Counted from the first letter of the stretch, positions 1 to 9,834 are shown. The stretch: DNA of 64,000 bases from Pseudomonadota bacterium (GCA_021782495.1 JAJXUV010000001.1:374637-438636); one strand, 5' to 3'. Notes: a model not told the origin generated them from the sequence alone. Program-made: numbers and translations.

Positions 1-1376
1 ATATAATCTGCCCAGGATAATATCGCGTTGCTATGGGAGGGTAAGATCCACCGGCCTATCTCCAAATCATTTTCGTCTATTAAAATTCTGTGGCCATAGA
101 CTACATCCACCTCAGGATGCTGCATAAAATAATTGGCAATATAATTCAAACTGCCTGGTAATAAGAGATCGTCAGAGTTTAGGTAAGCCATGATTTCACC
201 GCTGCAATGCGCAAACCCAAGATTAATAGCGTGTGATTGGCCATTGTCCTGAATAGATTCCCAATGCGTCAGTTGAGTATGGTATTTTTGAATAATCTCA
301 ACGGTATTGTCTGAAGATAAGCCATCTTGTATAACATATTCCAAGTTAGGATAGTTCTGATCCAGGATGCTCTTTATGGTTCGTTCTATATAAGATCCTT
401 GATTGAAGGAGGGCGTCACAATAGAGATGCGCGGGATATCTGCTTTCTTTAATACGGAAGGCGCTGTGTTTTTATATAAAAGTGGTTTCGGGGGATAATG
501 ATACAATTGACCTAACTTAGGAGAAAAAAGATTTTTACAGCGAAATAAAAATCGTATCAATTTGTTTGCTAGTCTATTTTGCCATACGGAATGTGGTGCA
601 ACATAACATAAAGCAGTATATTTTTTATAAATAGAAAGGCGGAAAAAATAAGCAAGCTCGTCTGTTTTTTGTTTTATAGTAATTAGTTCTTGTTTAATCT
701 GTTCTGTATGATCTGTACTTAAATAATTTTCTATTTTATTTAATGCGCTATAGATGGGTAGTTGTAGTATTTTGTATCTATCCAGACAAAAGTTCAATAA
801 TTTACTGTCGACCTCTTGATCTTCCACAAGCGGTTGGTTTTTCAGATGATATTTTTGCTGATGATAAAAGAAGTTTAGCAAATCATACTGTACTTTGACA
901 AATAAATCATTTTGAATCACAATTAAAAGAGGAATGTTTTCTAAACATTTTTCAGTTAAACCTAGCGTTATGTCTTGTGTATTTGGATAGTAACAGAGTA
1001 TATGCTGAAATCCATGCCGTTCTAAAAGTTGCCATAAAGAATGCATGATTGCAGGATAGCGTTCTTTTTGAATTTCAGTGACGGGGGACCAGAAAATGAG
1101 AATATTGGCTGTAGTGGATTGCAACAACTGTTCTAATTGTGTGTGATTTTCGTAGCGAAATTCAAAAATAGTTTGAGTATTTTTTGAGCCGGCAGGTACT
1201 GATTTTAAACTTAACTGCGTGTAAAGGGACGAATAACTAAATAAATCATCCCCAGGTAAAGTAGAAGTAAAAGAATCGATTTTGTTTTCTCGAATCAAGA
1301 GCATTAATAAATTTTTTAGTATATTATAGGACACGTTATATTTCCACCTATCACTTTTACTTGCTAATAACCGCAT
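1..1376 (-). CDS. Family 2 glycosyltransferase with a long N-terminal extension. Only the 5' part is in the window; the gene runs off the window start.
   Basis: I hand-translated the minus strand from the ATG at 1376-1374. It reads MRLLASKSDRWKYNVSYNIL... and stays open to position 1. Around 440-300 it encodes the GT2 signature ...DIPRISIVTPSFNQGSYIERTIKSILDQNYPNLEYVIQDGLSSDNT.... It is absent from the ORF track because the window edge truncates it. Confidence 0.65.
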   Translation of the reverse strand, partial: MRLLASKSDRWKYNVSYNILKNLLMLLIRENKIDSFTSTLPGDDLFSYSSLYTQLSLKSVPAGSKNTQTIFEFRYENHTQLEQLLQSTTANILIFWSPVTEIQKERYPAIMHSLWQLLERHGFQHILCYYPNTQDITLGLTEKCLENIPLLIVIQNDLFVKVQYDLLNFFYHQQKYHLKNQPLVEDQEVDSKLLNFCLDRYKILQLPIYSALNKIENYLSTDHTEQIKQELITIKQKTDELAYFFRLSIYKKYTALCYVAPHSVWQNRLANKLIRFLFRCKNLFSPKLGQLYHYPPKPLLYKNTAPSVLKKADIPRISIVTPSFNQGSYIERTIKSILDQNYPNLEYVIQDGLSSDNTVEIIQKYHTQLTHWESIQDNGQSHAINLGFAHCSGEIMAYLNSDDLLLPGSLNYIANYFMQHPEVDVVYGHRILIDENDLEIGRWILPSHSNAILSWADY

Positions 1377-1436
1377 TATTTTTGTAAACTGCGATATTAT
1401 ATTAAAAATGGGTATAAAAAGCCACAAGAGTAGAAT

Positions 1437-2387
1437 ATGAACAAAGATTTAAAAATATATGTTTCAGGACATGGCGGTTTGGTAGGCGCGGCCTTATTGC
1501 GTCGTTTACACAATTTAGGTTTTCACAATATTGTTTACCGAAGCAGTGCAGAGCTGGATTTACGTAATCAGCAAGCTACCTTAGCGTTTTTTGCCGCAGA
1601 AAGACCGGAGGTGGTTTTTTTGGCGGCAGCCAAAGTAGGAGGTATACAAGCCAACAGCCTCTATGGTGGTCAGTTCTTGTACGATAACTTGATGATTCAA
1701 TCCAATGTGATTGAAGCTGCTCGTGTATATGGCGTAAAACGCTTGGTTTTTTTAGGCAGTTCTTGTATTTATCCTAAACTTTGTCCACAACCGATTAAAG
1801 AAGAGTATCTATTAACAGGGCCTTTGGAAGCGACTAATGAGCCTTATGCCATTGCTAAAATAGCAGGAATAAAATTGTGTGAGGCTTATAATCGTCAGTA
1901 TGGAACTCATTTTGTCTCGGTTATGCCAACTAATTTATATGGTGAGAATGATAATTTTCATTTGGAAAACTCACACGTATTACCCGCATTATTGCGAAAA
2001 TTCCATGAAGCTAAAGTAAACCGGTTATCTACCGTGACGATATGGGGAACAGGGAAAGTATTTCGTGAATTTTTACACGTCGATGATATGGCAGATGCCT
2101 GCATTTTCATCGCGCAAAAAGAAGGTTTTGATGGACTTGTTAATATCGGTACGGGCAAGGATATCAGCATAGAAGGTTTGGCTTTGTTGATTAAAGAAAT
2201 CGTAGGCTATAACGGAAATTTAATATTCGATACTTCCAAACCAGATGGTACACCCAAAAAATTGCTGGATGTGCGTCAATTGACGGCTATGGGCTGGCAA
2301 GCCAAAATATCTTTGGCCGAAGGTATTAAACAAACCTATCAGTGGTTTCTAGAATGCGAGACGGAATATGCTTTTCGCGAAGTATAG
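1437..2387 (+). CDS. fcl: GDP-L-fucose synthase (GDP-4-keto-6-deoxy-D-mannose 3,5-epimerase/4-reductase)
   Basis: 316 aa. N-terminal Rossmann motif YVSGHGGLVGAALLRR. SDR YxxxK motif (PYAIAKIAGIK). The product has Fcl/WcaG-like length and overall similarity. The stop TAG at 2385-2387 overlaps a repeat copy. Confidence 0.85.
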   Translation: MNKDLKIYVSGHGGLVGAALLRRLHNLGFHNIVYRSSAELDLRNQQATLAFFAAERPEVVFLAAAKVGGIQANSLYGGQFLYDNLMIQSNVIEAARVYGVKRLVFLGSSCIYPKLCPQPIKEEYLLTGPLEATNEPYAIAKIAGIKLCEAYNRQYGTHFVSVMPTNLYGENDNFHLENSHVLPALLRKFHEAKVNRLSTVTIWGTGKVFREFLHVDDMADACIFIAQKEGFDGLVNIGTGKDISIEGLALLIKEIVGYNGNLIFDTSKPDGTPKKLLDVRQLTAMGWQAKISLAEGIKQTYQWFLECETEYAFREV

Positions 2388-2547
2388 GGCTTGTTGACGT
2401 TTGGTTTATCGGCTGCAAAATGAGTAGAACCGGGCAAAATCATAGCAAATTTTCGTCAAATATAACTCGATATTCTCCTCAAATTTGCTATGATTTTGCC
2501 TCGGCTCCCTCATTTTTCGCTTCGACAAACCAAACGTCAACAGGCCC
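2387..2547. repeat. MITE-like palindromic element of about 160 bp, lying between the convergent stop codons of fcl and the FkbM methyltransferase
   Basis: Imperfect terminal inverted repeats: gggcttgttgacgtttggttt at 2387-2407 and aaaccaaacgtcaacaggccc at 2527-2547. Internal arms are also reverse complements (ggcaaaatcatagcaaattt / aaatttgctatgattttgcc). No ORF is present. The ends carry the dispersed 13-mer GTCAACARGCCCT. Confidence 0.45.
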
Positions 2548-2551
2548 TGGT

Positions 2552-3403
2552 TTAGCGCCATTTTATTAGTTTTTTTAAAGTAGATGCATATTTTTTGCTG
2601 CCGGACTGTAAGTGTTTAATCTCCTTGTCCAACCGAATAATTAACTCAAGCCTCTCTGCGCAAGCATGCTGTAGCATCGTATTTTCAGCGGCTAATTGAG
2701 CATTAGACTTATTCATGTAAAAAGGTGAAATAATGGTTTGTATTTTATCTTTTGAAACAAATACGCCATCTGCAAAAGCCAGCCAGCCATCCGCTGTATA
2801 ATGCATATTGAACATGCCCGCTAAAGCATAATCTTGTGCTGTTAACCACAATGCGATTTCATGAGGATCGCTTTGATTCTCGTACAAAGATACATAAATC
2901 AACTCGGCTACAATCCAAGGGCGATGTTCTTTAATAGTCTGTTTAGCGCCTTTTAATACATTTAAATCATAACCTTGCGTATCAATTTTTATCATTGAAA
3001 TTCGGTCGCTAAGCGCTTTTTGTTTGATAAAATGATCTAGTGTGATGAGATTAACCTGCTGCGATTTTATTTTATGAATATCCTCAGGGCTATAATGGTA
3101 AGCCAGCACAGAGCCAGTTGCCCGATCACTGTCACAATAAAAAGGCATGTCCCCATTTTGATCGCCTACTGCAGAATGAATCAATTCCACTTGAGTATTA
3201 TCAGCAAAATTAGATTGTAATATATTGTAATTGTCTTTATTGGGTTCAAAAAGAATAGCTTTTTGAATGTTGTTTTCTAAAAACATTTGTTTGCTAAAAT
3301 CACCGTGATAAGCACCCACATCTAAAAGAATGCTGTCTTTAGAATTCAGTGCGCCCGATTTGGTATGCTGGCTGAGCCACGATTCTAGCGAGTCAATTTG
3401 CAT
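2552..3403 (-). CDS. FkbM-family SAM-dependent methyltransferase
   Basis: 283 aa. SAM-binding motif LLDVGAYHGDFS. FkbM-type motif KIDTQGYDLNVLKG. Lies in the sugar cluster next to fcl. Confidence 0.8.
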   Translation of the reverse strand: MQIDSLESWLSQHTKSGALNSKDSILLDVGAYHGDFSKQMFLENNIQKAILFEPNKDNYNILQSNFADNTQVELIHSAVGDQNGDMPFYCDSDRATGSVLAYHYSPEDIHKIKSQQVNLITLDHFIKQKALSDRISMIKIDTQGYDLNVLKGAKQTIKEHRPWIVAELIYVSLYENQSDPHEIALWLTAQDYALAGMFNMHYTADGWLAFADGVFVSKDKIQTIISPFYMNKSNAQLAAENTMLQHACAERLELIIRLDKEIKHLQSGSKKYASTLKKLIKWR

Positions 3404-3456
3404 AATATACTCCAGATTTTACAAGTGGCTTATTATAGCACTATAATGCTTTTACA

Positions 3457-4302
3457 TTGAAAGTATGGAAAGGTGTTTATATGCCTAGGATAGAGCGTCG
3501 TAGAGTATCTCGGATGAATCAAGAATCTTGTTGGTTGAATCATTATGCTAATAATGTGCGTTCTCAATTTGGTGAAGACGGGATTATTGATAAAATTTTT
3601 TCAATTATTGGCAGTGGCTCTCGTTTGTGTGTAGAGTTTGGCGCGTGGGATGGTGAATTCTTGAGCAACACATGGAATCTTATTAATAACAAGGGATGGT
3701 CGGGTGTGCTCATTGAAGGGGATTCGGACAGAGCAGCAGCACTAGCAGAAAAATATATCCATAATAAGAATATCGTTACCATTCATTCTTTTGTAGGGTG
3801 GTCCGGAGAGCAAGCTTTGGATGCTATTTTGAAAAAAATAAAAATAATGAAAAATTTTGAGTTACTGAGTATGGATGTTGATGGAAACGATTGGCACATT
3901 TGGGAGGCATTGAAAAACTATTCCCCGAGGGTTGTTATTGCTGAATTTAATCCCACCATACCAAACGATGTTTATTTTGTTCAGGATTCTGATTTTTCCA
4001 TCAATCAAGGGTGCTCATTACTCGCATTGATTGAGCTGGGGAAAGAGAAAGGGTATGAATTAATCGCAACAACTATTTGTAATGGGATATTTATTCAAAA
4101 GGAGTTTTTCCCGCTTTTCAACATAGTGGATAACAGTATTGATGCTATGTACGATCAAGCTTTAGATATTGCTCTTTTTCAAGGATATGACGGGACATTC
4201 TTTGGTGCGGGACATATGTGTCTAAATTGGCGAGGGATCCCGATTGAACAAGAAGATTTGCAACCTTTGCCGAAGGGCATGCGAAATTATAAATACGAAT
4301 AA
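3457..4302 (+). CDS. Hypothetical protein, possibly an FkbM-like methyltransferase
   Basis: 281-aa ORF. GxG-like segment IIGSGSRLCVEFGAWDG. LLSMDVDGNDWHIWEAL resembles the FkbM KIDxEG block. The likely true start is the ATG at 3481, which has GGAAAGG 7 nt upstream. Confidence 0.45.
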   Translation: MKVWKGVYMPRIERRRVSRMNQESCWLNHYANNVRSQFGEDGIIDKIFSIIGSGSRLCVEFGAWDGEFLSNTWNLINNKGWSGVLIEGDSDRAAALAEKYIHNKNIVTIHSFVGWSGEQALDAILKKIKIMKNFELLSMDVDGNDWHIWEALKNYSPRVVIAEFNPTIPNDVYFVQDSDFSINQGCSLLALIELGKEKGYELIATTICNGIFIQKEFFPLFNIVDNSIDAMYDQALDIALFQGYDGTFFGAGHMCLNWRGIPIEQEDLQPLPKGMRNYKYE

Positions 4303-4345
4303 TTATAACTGATTACGTGGGTGCATCTGAGGAATTTAGTAAACG

Positions 4346-5074
4346 TCACATTTTGCGAAAGCCATTTTCATTTAGTGCTTTGTTTGCCTGAATCAGTTCT
4401 TGAATAACTTTTTCTTTTGCAATCAATTCTGCATCTAAGAGGGTAATGTCTCTGTGATCGTTATAGATGGTGTTCCAATCGACGCCATGCTCATAGGCAA
4501 AAAGAGAAAGATCTGCTTGTAGCGAGATGGGATAATAAAGAATGCAATCATTCAGTACCATGATTCTATGTTGAGAACTTAATTTTTGCAGAGCGATTAA
4601 TATCTCATGAAATTGTGGCCATTGGCTTATTTCATGCGGTTTAGGCGGAGTAGTAAGAAATAATCGAGCATCATCGATGACGATAATACTATGAGAGGGT
4701 AAGGTGGCAATTGCATTAATTTCGTTGATGAGTGGGCATTGCGAGGTGACGCCCGCCGTATCGGTAGCAGCACACCAATGCGCATCTAACCAGTATAGTG
4801 TGGGTTGATGAGCTACTTGGGCTTGGATTTTTAAGAGCCAAGTGTCAGAAAAACCACAGTCAATATGAATTTGGGGATAATCTTTAAAACGTTCCTGTGC
4901 TTTATTGGCCAAATTCTCCGATAATTCCACACTGTAAAGCGTGTGAAAATAAGGGAGGGCATTGGCAATGCTGTCTCCATGAAAAGTGCCTGTTTCCACA
5001 AAAACTTGAATCCCTAGTTTAGATTTGAGTAGCTCCAATAAACGGGGGTCGATGGAAAAATGAATAGCGCCCAT
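4346..5074 (-). CDS. Class I SAM-dependent methyltransferase (TylF/MycF-like sugar O-methyltransferase fold)
   Basis: 242 aa. Motif VFVETGTFHGDSIANAL followed by LYSVELSE. It is the third methyltransferase in a row in the sugar cluster. Confidence 0.6.
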   Translation of the reverse strand: MGAIHFSIDPRLLELLKSKLGIQVFVETGTFHGDSIANALPYFHTLYSVELSENLANKAQERFKDYPQIHIDCGFSDTWLLKIQAQVAHQPTLYWLDAHWCAATDTAGVTSQCPLINEINAIATLPSHSIIVIDDARLFLTTPPKPHEISQWPQFHEILIALQKLSSQHRIMVLNDCILYYPISLQADLSLFAYEHGVDWNTIYNDHRDITLLDAELIAKEKVIQELIQANKALNENGFRKM

Positions 5075-5137
5075 TTGTTTCTCTCGTGTGGTATTATTAA
5101 TGAGTATTAATTATATACATGTTTTTTACTGTGATCA

Positions 5138-6268
5138 ATGATGAAAATTTTGTTTATTTATAAATCATACTACCCTGAAAGCGTTGGGGGTGTCGAGGAA
5201 GTGCTACGGGTATTAATGGCTGGCTTATCGCAGCGAGGCCATCAATGTACTCTGTTGGTAACGACGAAACAGAAAAAGGCCTATAGCCGTTTAGAGGGCT
5301 TGGTGACTATTCATTATTGTCCGATGAATATAGAGATTTCCTCCTGTCCATTCAGTTTAAGTTTTTTGAAAAAATTCCATCAATTAAAATTAGAATATGA
5401 TATTGTCAATTTTCATTTTCCTTGGCCCTTTGCAGATTTGAGTTCTTTTCTTATTCGATTACAGAAACCCTATGTGATCACTTATCATTCTGATATTATT
5501 AAACAAAAATACTTAAAGTTTATTTATACGCCATTGATGCATTGGTTTTTACGTCATGCCAATGCCATTATTGCAACTTCTGAGCAGTATCAACAATCCA
5601 GTCCAATCTTGCGCCGTTATCCAAATACCACACAGGTTATTCCACTGGGGCTGCCTGAAGGCTTAGCACAGACACAATTCGCCAAAGAATTGAGGGATTG
5701 GCAAGAACGCGTAGGACAAGATTTTTTCTTGTTTTTAGGCGTATTGCGATATTATAAGGGATTATCTTATTTACTGAATGCAGTAGAAAATACGCAAATA
5801 CCGGTCGTTATAGCGGGTTCTGGCCCTGAGGAATTAATGTTAAAAGCGATTGCTGTTCAAAAAAAGTTAAATCATGTACGGTTCATTGGCGCAGTCAGTG
5901 AAAAAGACAAGTTTGCTTTATATGCTTTATGTAAAGCCATTGTGATTCCTGCCTGTGAGCGTTCAGAAGCTTATTGTTTAAGTTTGGTCGAAGGCTTACG
6001 AGCAGGTAAACCATTAATTTCCACTGAATTAGGCACTGGCACTTCTTTTGTGAATCAAGCAGATGAAACAGGGCTGGTCGTTACTGCCAAGGATAGCCTT
6101 GCCCTACGTAAAGTACTGCTAAAGCTTCAGCAAGACGAGCATATTTGTCTAAAATTTGCGCAATCCGCGCGTAAAAGATTCTTGGATTACTTTCGTAGTG
6201 ATAGTATGATAGAAGCTTATGAAAGGCTTTTTAAGGGAATAACCAGCCAAGAAAACAAAAAGAAATAA
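5138..6268 (+). CDS. Glycosyltransferase family 4 (GT-B fold)
   Basis: 376 aa. N-terminal KILFIYKSYYPESVGGVEEV. C-terminal E(x7)E-type motif ACERSEAYCLSLVEGLRAGKPLIST. Confidence 0.75.
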   Translation: MMKILFIYKSYYPESVGGVEEVLRVLMAGLSQRGHQCTLLVTTKQKKAYSRLEGLVTIHYCPMNIEISSCPFSLSFLKKFHQLKLEYDIVNFHFPWPFADLSSFLIRLQKPYVITYHSDIIKQKYLKFIYTPLMHWFLRHANAIIATSEQYQQSSPILRRYPNTTQVIPLGLPEGLAQTQFAKELRDWQERVGQDFFLFLGVLRYYKGLSYLLNAVENTQIPVVIAGSGPEELMLKAIAVQKKLNHVRFIGAVSEKDKFALYALCKAIVIPACERSEAYCLSLVEGLRAGKPLISTELGTGTSFVNQADETGLVVTAKDSLALRKVLLKLQQDEHICLKFAQSARKRFLDYFRSDSMIEAYERLFKGITSQENKKK

Positions 6269-6331
6269 TCCTTGTCTTTTATCTTATTTTATTGTATTAT
6301 TTACCGTCAATTTGCGTCTATTTTCTAATTT

Positions 6332-7792
6332 TTGGGGGGGGTGGTGGTAAATAAAGAGTCAAAATTGGTGCCAGTATTACTTTCCGGTGGAAGTGGTACG
6401 CGCTTATGGCCTATGTCACGTGAGCTCATGCCTAAACAATTTTTACCCGTAGCGGCAGCAATGAGTCTTTTTCAGTTAACTGTTCAAAGATTAAACGGCT
6501 TGTCAGCTTTAGCACCGATAGTGGTTTGTAATCAGGAGCATCGCTTCTTAGTTGCAGAACAGTTACGTGAAATTTCTATCCAGCCTCAAAAAATTATTTT
6601 AGAACCGACCGCGCGTAATACCGCACCAGCTATCGCTTTGGCAGCCTTAGCGGCAATGCAAAATGATGATGATCCCATATTGCTGGTTTTACCGGCCGAT
6701 CATTTGCTGGAAGATCAACAAACTTTTTGTGCAACTATTGCAAACAGTATGTCTCTTGCGAACAAAGACTACCTTGTTACTTTTGGGGTTACCATGTTGC
6801 AGCCCGAAACAGCTTATGGCTACATTCAATTAGGGACGCATTTAACGGAAACCCCAGGGTATGAAGTGAAAGCATTTGTTGAAAAACCAGATAGGGCGCG
6901 CGCGCAGTTATTTTATGCAAGTGGTGATTACGTGTGGAATAGTGGATTGTTTTTATTTAAGGCTTCAAATTATTTAACGGAATTGAAGCAATGGGCGCCG
7001 GATATTTTAGCGTGCTGTGAGAAAACTTTTCAAAATCGTCACGAAGATGAAGATTTTGTACGTATGAATGCAAATGATTTTAAAAATTGTCGGAGTGATT
7101 CCATTGATTATGCGGTTATGGAGCATACTGCTAGATCAGCTGTAGTGCCCTTAACAACACCCTGGAGTGATGTGGGTTCCTGGGCTTCTTTGTGGGAAGC
7201 CAAAGTAGGTGAACACGACGCCAATGCAAATGTCAAAGTAGGAGATGTTATTTTAGAAGATGTGCAAAATTGTTATGTGCATGCTGAAGATCGCTTGGTA
7301 GTCGCTTTAGGAATAAATAATTGCGTTGTTGTGGAAACGGCGGATGCGATTTTAGTTGCTAATAAAGATAAAAGTCAGGAAATTAAAACGATTGTTTCTA
7401 AACTTAAATCATTAAACCGAGAAGAAATTTTGAATCATGTGATGGTTAAACGTCCTTGGGGAACTTACCAAGTTTTAATGGAAGGTCCGAATTTTAAGGT
7501 TAAAAAGATCGTTGTTTATCCTGGCGCTCAATTGTCCTTGCAAAGCCATGAGCATCGGGCTGAACATTGGGTTGTGACAGCAGGCATTGCTGATGTCATT
7601 AATGGGGAACAATTCATTCAACTCACAGCAAATCAATCGACCTATATTCCTGCAAGAGCACAACATCGGCTGTCAAATAACACGAGTCAGGTATTGGAAT
7701 TAATAGAAGTACAAACAGGTAACTACTTAGGGGAAGATGATATCAAACGTTATGATGACGTTTATGGTCGTGTAGGAGCAGAGAGTATTTAA
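6332..7792 (+). CDS. manC: Bifunctional mannose-1-phosphate guanylyltransferase / mannose-6-phosphate isomerase (type II PMI)
   Basis: 486 aa. N-terminal VLLSGGSGTRLWPMSRELMPKQF nucleotidyltransferase motif. C-terminal cupin region (VHAEDRLVVALG... QSHEHRAEHWVVTAG). The start is uncertain; candidates are 6341, 6344, 6365 and 6368. Confidence 0.85.
   Translation: MGGVVVNKESKLVPVLLSGGSGTRLWPMSRELMPKQFLPVAAAMSLFQLTVQRLNGLSALAPIVVCNQEHRFLVAEQLREISIQPQKIILEPTARNTAPAIALAALAAMQNDDDPILLVLPADHLLEDQQTFCATIANSMSLANKDYLVTFGVTMLQPETAYGYIQLGTHLTETPGYEVKAFVEKPDRARAQLFYASGDYVWNSGLFLFKASNYLTELKQWAPDILACCEKTFQNRHEDEDFVRMNANDFKNCRSDSIDYAVMEHTARSAVVPLTTPWSDVGSWASLWEAKVGEHDANANVKVGDVILEDVQNCYVHAEDRLVVALGINNCVVVETADAILVANKDKSQEIKTIVSKLKSLNREEILNHVMVKRPWGTYQVLMEGPNFKVKKIVVYPGAQLSLQSHEHRAEHWVVTAGIADVINGEQFIQLTANQSTYIPARAQHRLSNNTSQVLELIEVQTGNYLGEDDIKRYDDVYGRVGAESI
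6334..6341. repeat. Homopolymeric G8 tract at the 5' end or RBS of manC
   Basis: Sequence tttttGGGGGGGGtggtggtaa. It lies within the first codons of the track ORF (TTG 6332). If the real start is TTG 6365 or GTG 6368, which has aaagag 6 nt upstream, the tract lies in the 5' leader. Confidence 0.6.
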
Positions 7793-7795
7793 TCA

Positions 7796-8926
7796 CTATA
7801 TGCCGTAAAAATCATACAATATCTCTACTAGCCGCATAATGTCATCTTCTTTTAAGCCATAATGCATGGGTAATCGTAACAATCGCTCACTCTCTATTGT
7901 TGTGTATTTATCTTCTCCTATAAAATCCCCATAAATTAATCCAGCTTTGGCACTGTGTAATGGCACGTAATGAAATACGGTGGAAATACCGTGTTTTTTA
8001 AAAACTTCAATTAAACGGCTGCGCGTGGCTAGATTGGCAACTTTCAAATAAAACATATGCGCATTGTGAATGCATTCTTTTGGGATAACAGGTAATTCTA
8101 TATCTCCGTGCTGCATGACATCAGATAATGAGAGATTATATTTATGCCATGATTGGAGTCTGTTGTTATTAATTTCATGGGCTACTTCTAACTGGGCCCA
8201 AAGATACGCAGCATTTAATTCGCTGGGTAAATAACTACTACCAATATCACACCACGAATATTTATCTATTTGACCACGGAGAAATTTACTGCGGTCAGTT
8301 CCTTTTTCGCGAATAATCTCAGCGCGTTCGGTATAATCTTGATGGTTTAATAATATAGCACCACCTTCTCCCATAGTATAATTTTTTGTTTCGTGAAAAC
8401 TAAAAGCACCCATTTCACCCATTGAACCCAAAGCACGTCCTTTGTAACTGGACATAACCCCTTGTGCGGCATCTTCAATGACGAGTAAATTATATTTTTT
8501 AGCAATGGCCATAATGGTATCCATCTCACAAGCTACGCCGGCATAATGTACAGGTACAATTGCTCTGGTTTTGGGTGTGATGGCAGCTTCAATGAGTTGT
8601 TCATTCAAATTCATGGTATCCGGTCTAATGTCAACAAATTTGATTTTAGCGCCGCGTAATACAAATGCGTTGACAGTAGACACAAACGTAAATGAAGGGG
8701 CTATGATCTCATCTCCGGGTTGAATGTTTGCCAAGATGGCTGTCATTTCCAATGCATGTGTGCACGAAGTGGTGAGTAATACTTTACGAATATTGAATTC
8801 ATTTTCAAACCATTGATTACATTTTTTAGTAAATTGACCATCACCACAAATTTTATCGTTATTCAATGCTTGGCGCATATAATCCAATTCTTTGCCTGAA
8901 AATAGTATTTTATTAAATGGTAACAT
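7796..8926 (-). CDS. dTDP-4-keto-6-deoxyhexose 4-aminotransferase (DegT/WecE/ArnB family, PLP-dependent)
   Basis: 376 aa. Motifs: GKELDYMRQALNNDKICGDGQFT, FHETKNYTMGEGGAIL, EIIREKGTDRSKF and SERLLRLP. It is very WecE/RffA-like. Confidence 0.85.
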   Translation of the reverse strand: MLPFNKILFSGKELDYMRQALNNDKICGDGQFTKKCNQWFENEFNIRKVLLTTSCTHALEMTAILANIQPGDEIIAPSFTFVSTVNAFVLRGAKIKFVDIRPDTMNLNEQLIEAAITPKTRAIVPVHYAGVACEMDTIMAIAKKYNLLVIEDAAQGVMSSYKGRALGSMGEMGAFSFHETKNYTMGEGGAILLNHQDYTERAEIIREKGTDRSKFLRGQIDKYSWCDIGSSYLPSELNAAYLWAQLEVAHEINNNRLQSWHKYNLSLSDVMQHGDIELPVIPKECIHNAHMFYLKVANLATRSRLIEVFKKHGISTVFHYVPLHSAKAGLIYGDFIGEDKYTTIESERLLRLPMHYGLKEDDIMRLVEILYDFYGI

Positions 8927-8935
8927 TAAATTTCC

Positions 8936-9826
8936 TTAAATGACTTTTACTCTATTGTGATTTAGAACAGTTAAGGAAAGTAGATATTCTCTATATCCAG
9001 AATTGCCTAATTTGTTTGCTAATTTTTGTAATTGTTGATCATCAATGTATCCGTTTAACCAAGCAATCTCTTCTGGGCAACTTATTTTGAGGCCTTGTCT
9101 GGATTCTATAGTTTCGATAAAATGGGCTGCCTGCAATAAAGTAGTATGTGTGCCTGTATCTAACCAAGCGGTGCCTCGACTGAGTACTTCGACTTCTAGT
9201 TTTCCAGCCGCTAGATATAAAGTGTTAATATCGGTAATTTCTAGCTCGCCGCGAAATGAAGGTTTAATACGATGCGCGTAGTCAACAACGGTATTGTCAT
9301 AGAAATAAAGCCCTGTTACCGCAAAATTTGATTTAGGTTGTTTTGGCTTTTCTTCTATGGAAATAGCTTTGCCATCATTATTGAATTCTACTACGCCATA
9401 ACGTTCAGGGTCAGTCACGTAATAAGCAAATACTTTGGCACCATGGATATTTTGACGAGCTTTTTGCAAAGTACCGCTTAAGTACGCGCCATGAAAAATA
9501 TTATCGCCTAAAATTAACACCACATCGTCATCGCCAATAAATTCTTTGCCCACAATAAAAGCTTGCGCTAATCCACCGGGAGTGGGTTGCTCTTTGTAAC
9601 TAAAACGCATTCCCCATTGTTGTCCATCACCTAATAAAGTTTGGTATTGCCATAGATCTCTCGGCGTAGAGATAATTAAAATATCGCGAATCCCTGCTAA
9701 CATGAGAGTGGACAGTGGATAATAAACCATGGGTTTATCATAAACAGGTAACAATTGTTTACTAATAGCGAGTGTTAAGGGATATAGTCGGGTTCCACTT
9801 CCGCCTGCTAAAATAATGCCTTTCAT
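8936..9826 (-). CDS. rfbA: Glucose-1-phosphate thymidylyltransferase
   Basis: 296 aa. [52 protein letters not shown] is the canonical RmlA N-terminus. Confidence 0.9.
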   Translation of the reverse strand: MKGIILAGGSGTRLYPLTLAISKQLLPVYDKPMVYYPLSTLMLAGIRDILIISTPRDLWQYQTLLGDGQQWGMRFSYKEQPTPGGLAQAFIVGKEFIGDDDVVLILGDNIFHGAYLSGTLQKARQNIHGAKVFAYYVTDPERYGVVEFNNDGKAISIEEKPKQPKSNFAVTGLYFYDNTVVDYAHRIKPSFRGELEITDINTLYLAAGKLEVEVLSRGTAWLDTGTHTTLLQAAHFIETIESRQGLKISCPEEIAWLNGYIDDQQLQKLANKLGNSGYREYLLSLTVLNHNRVKVI

Positions 9827-9834
9827 ATCGTTCC

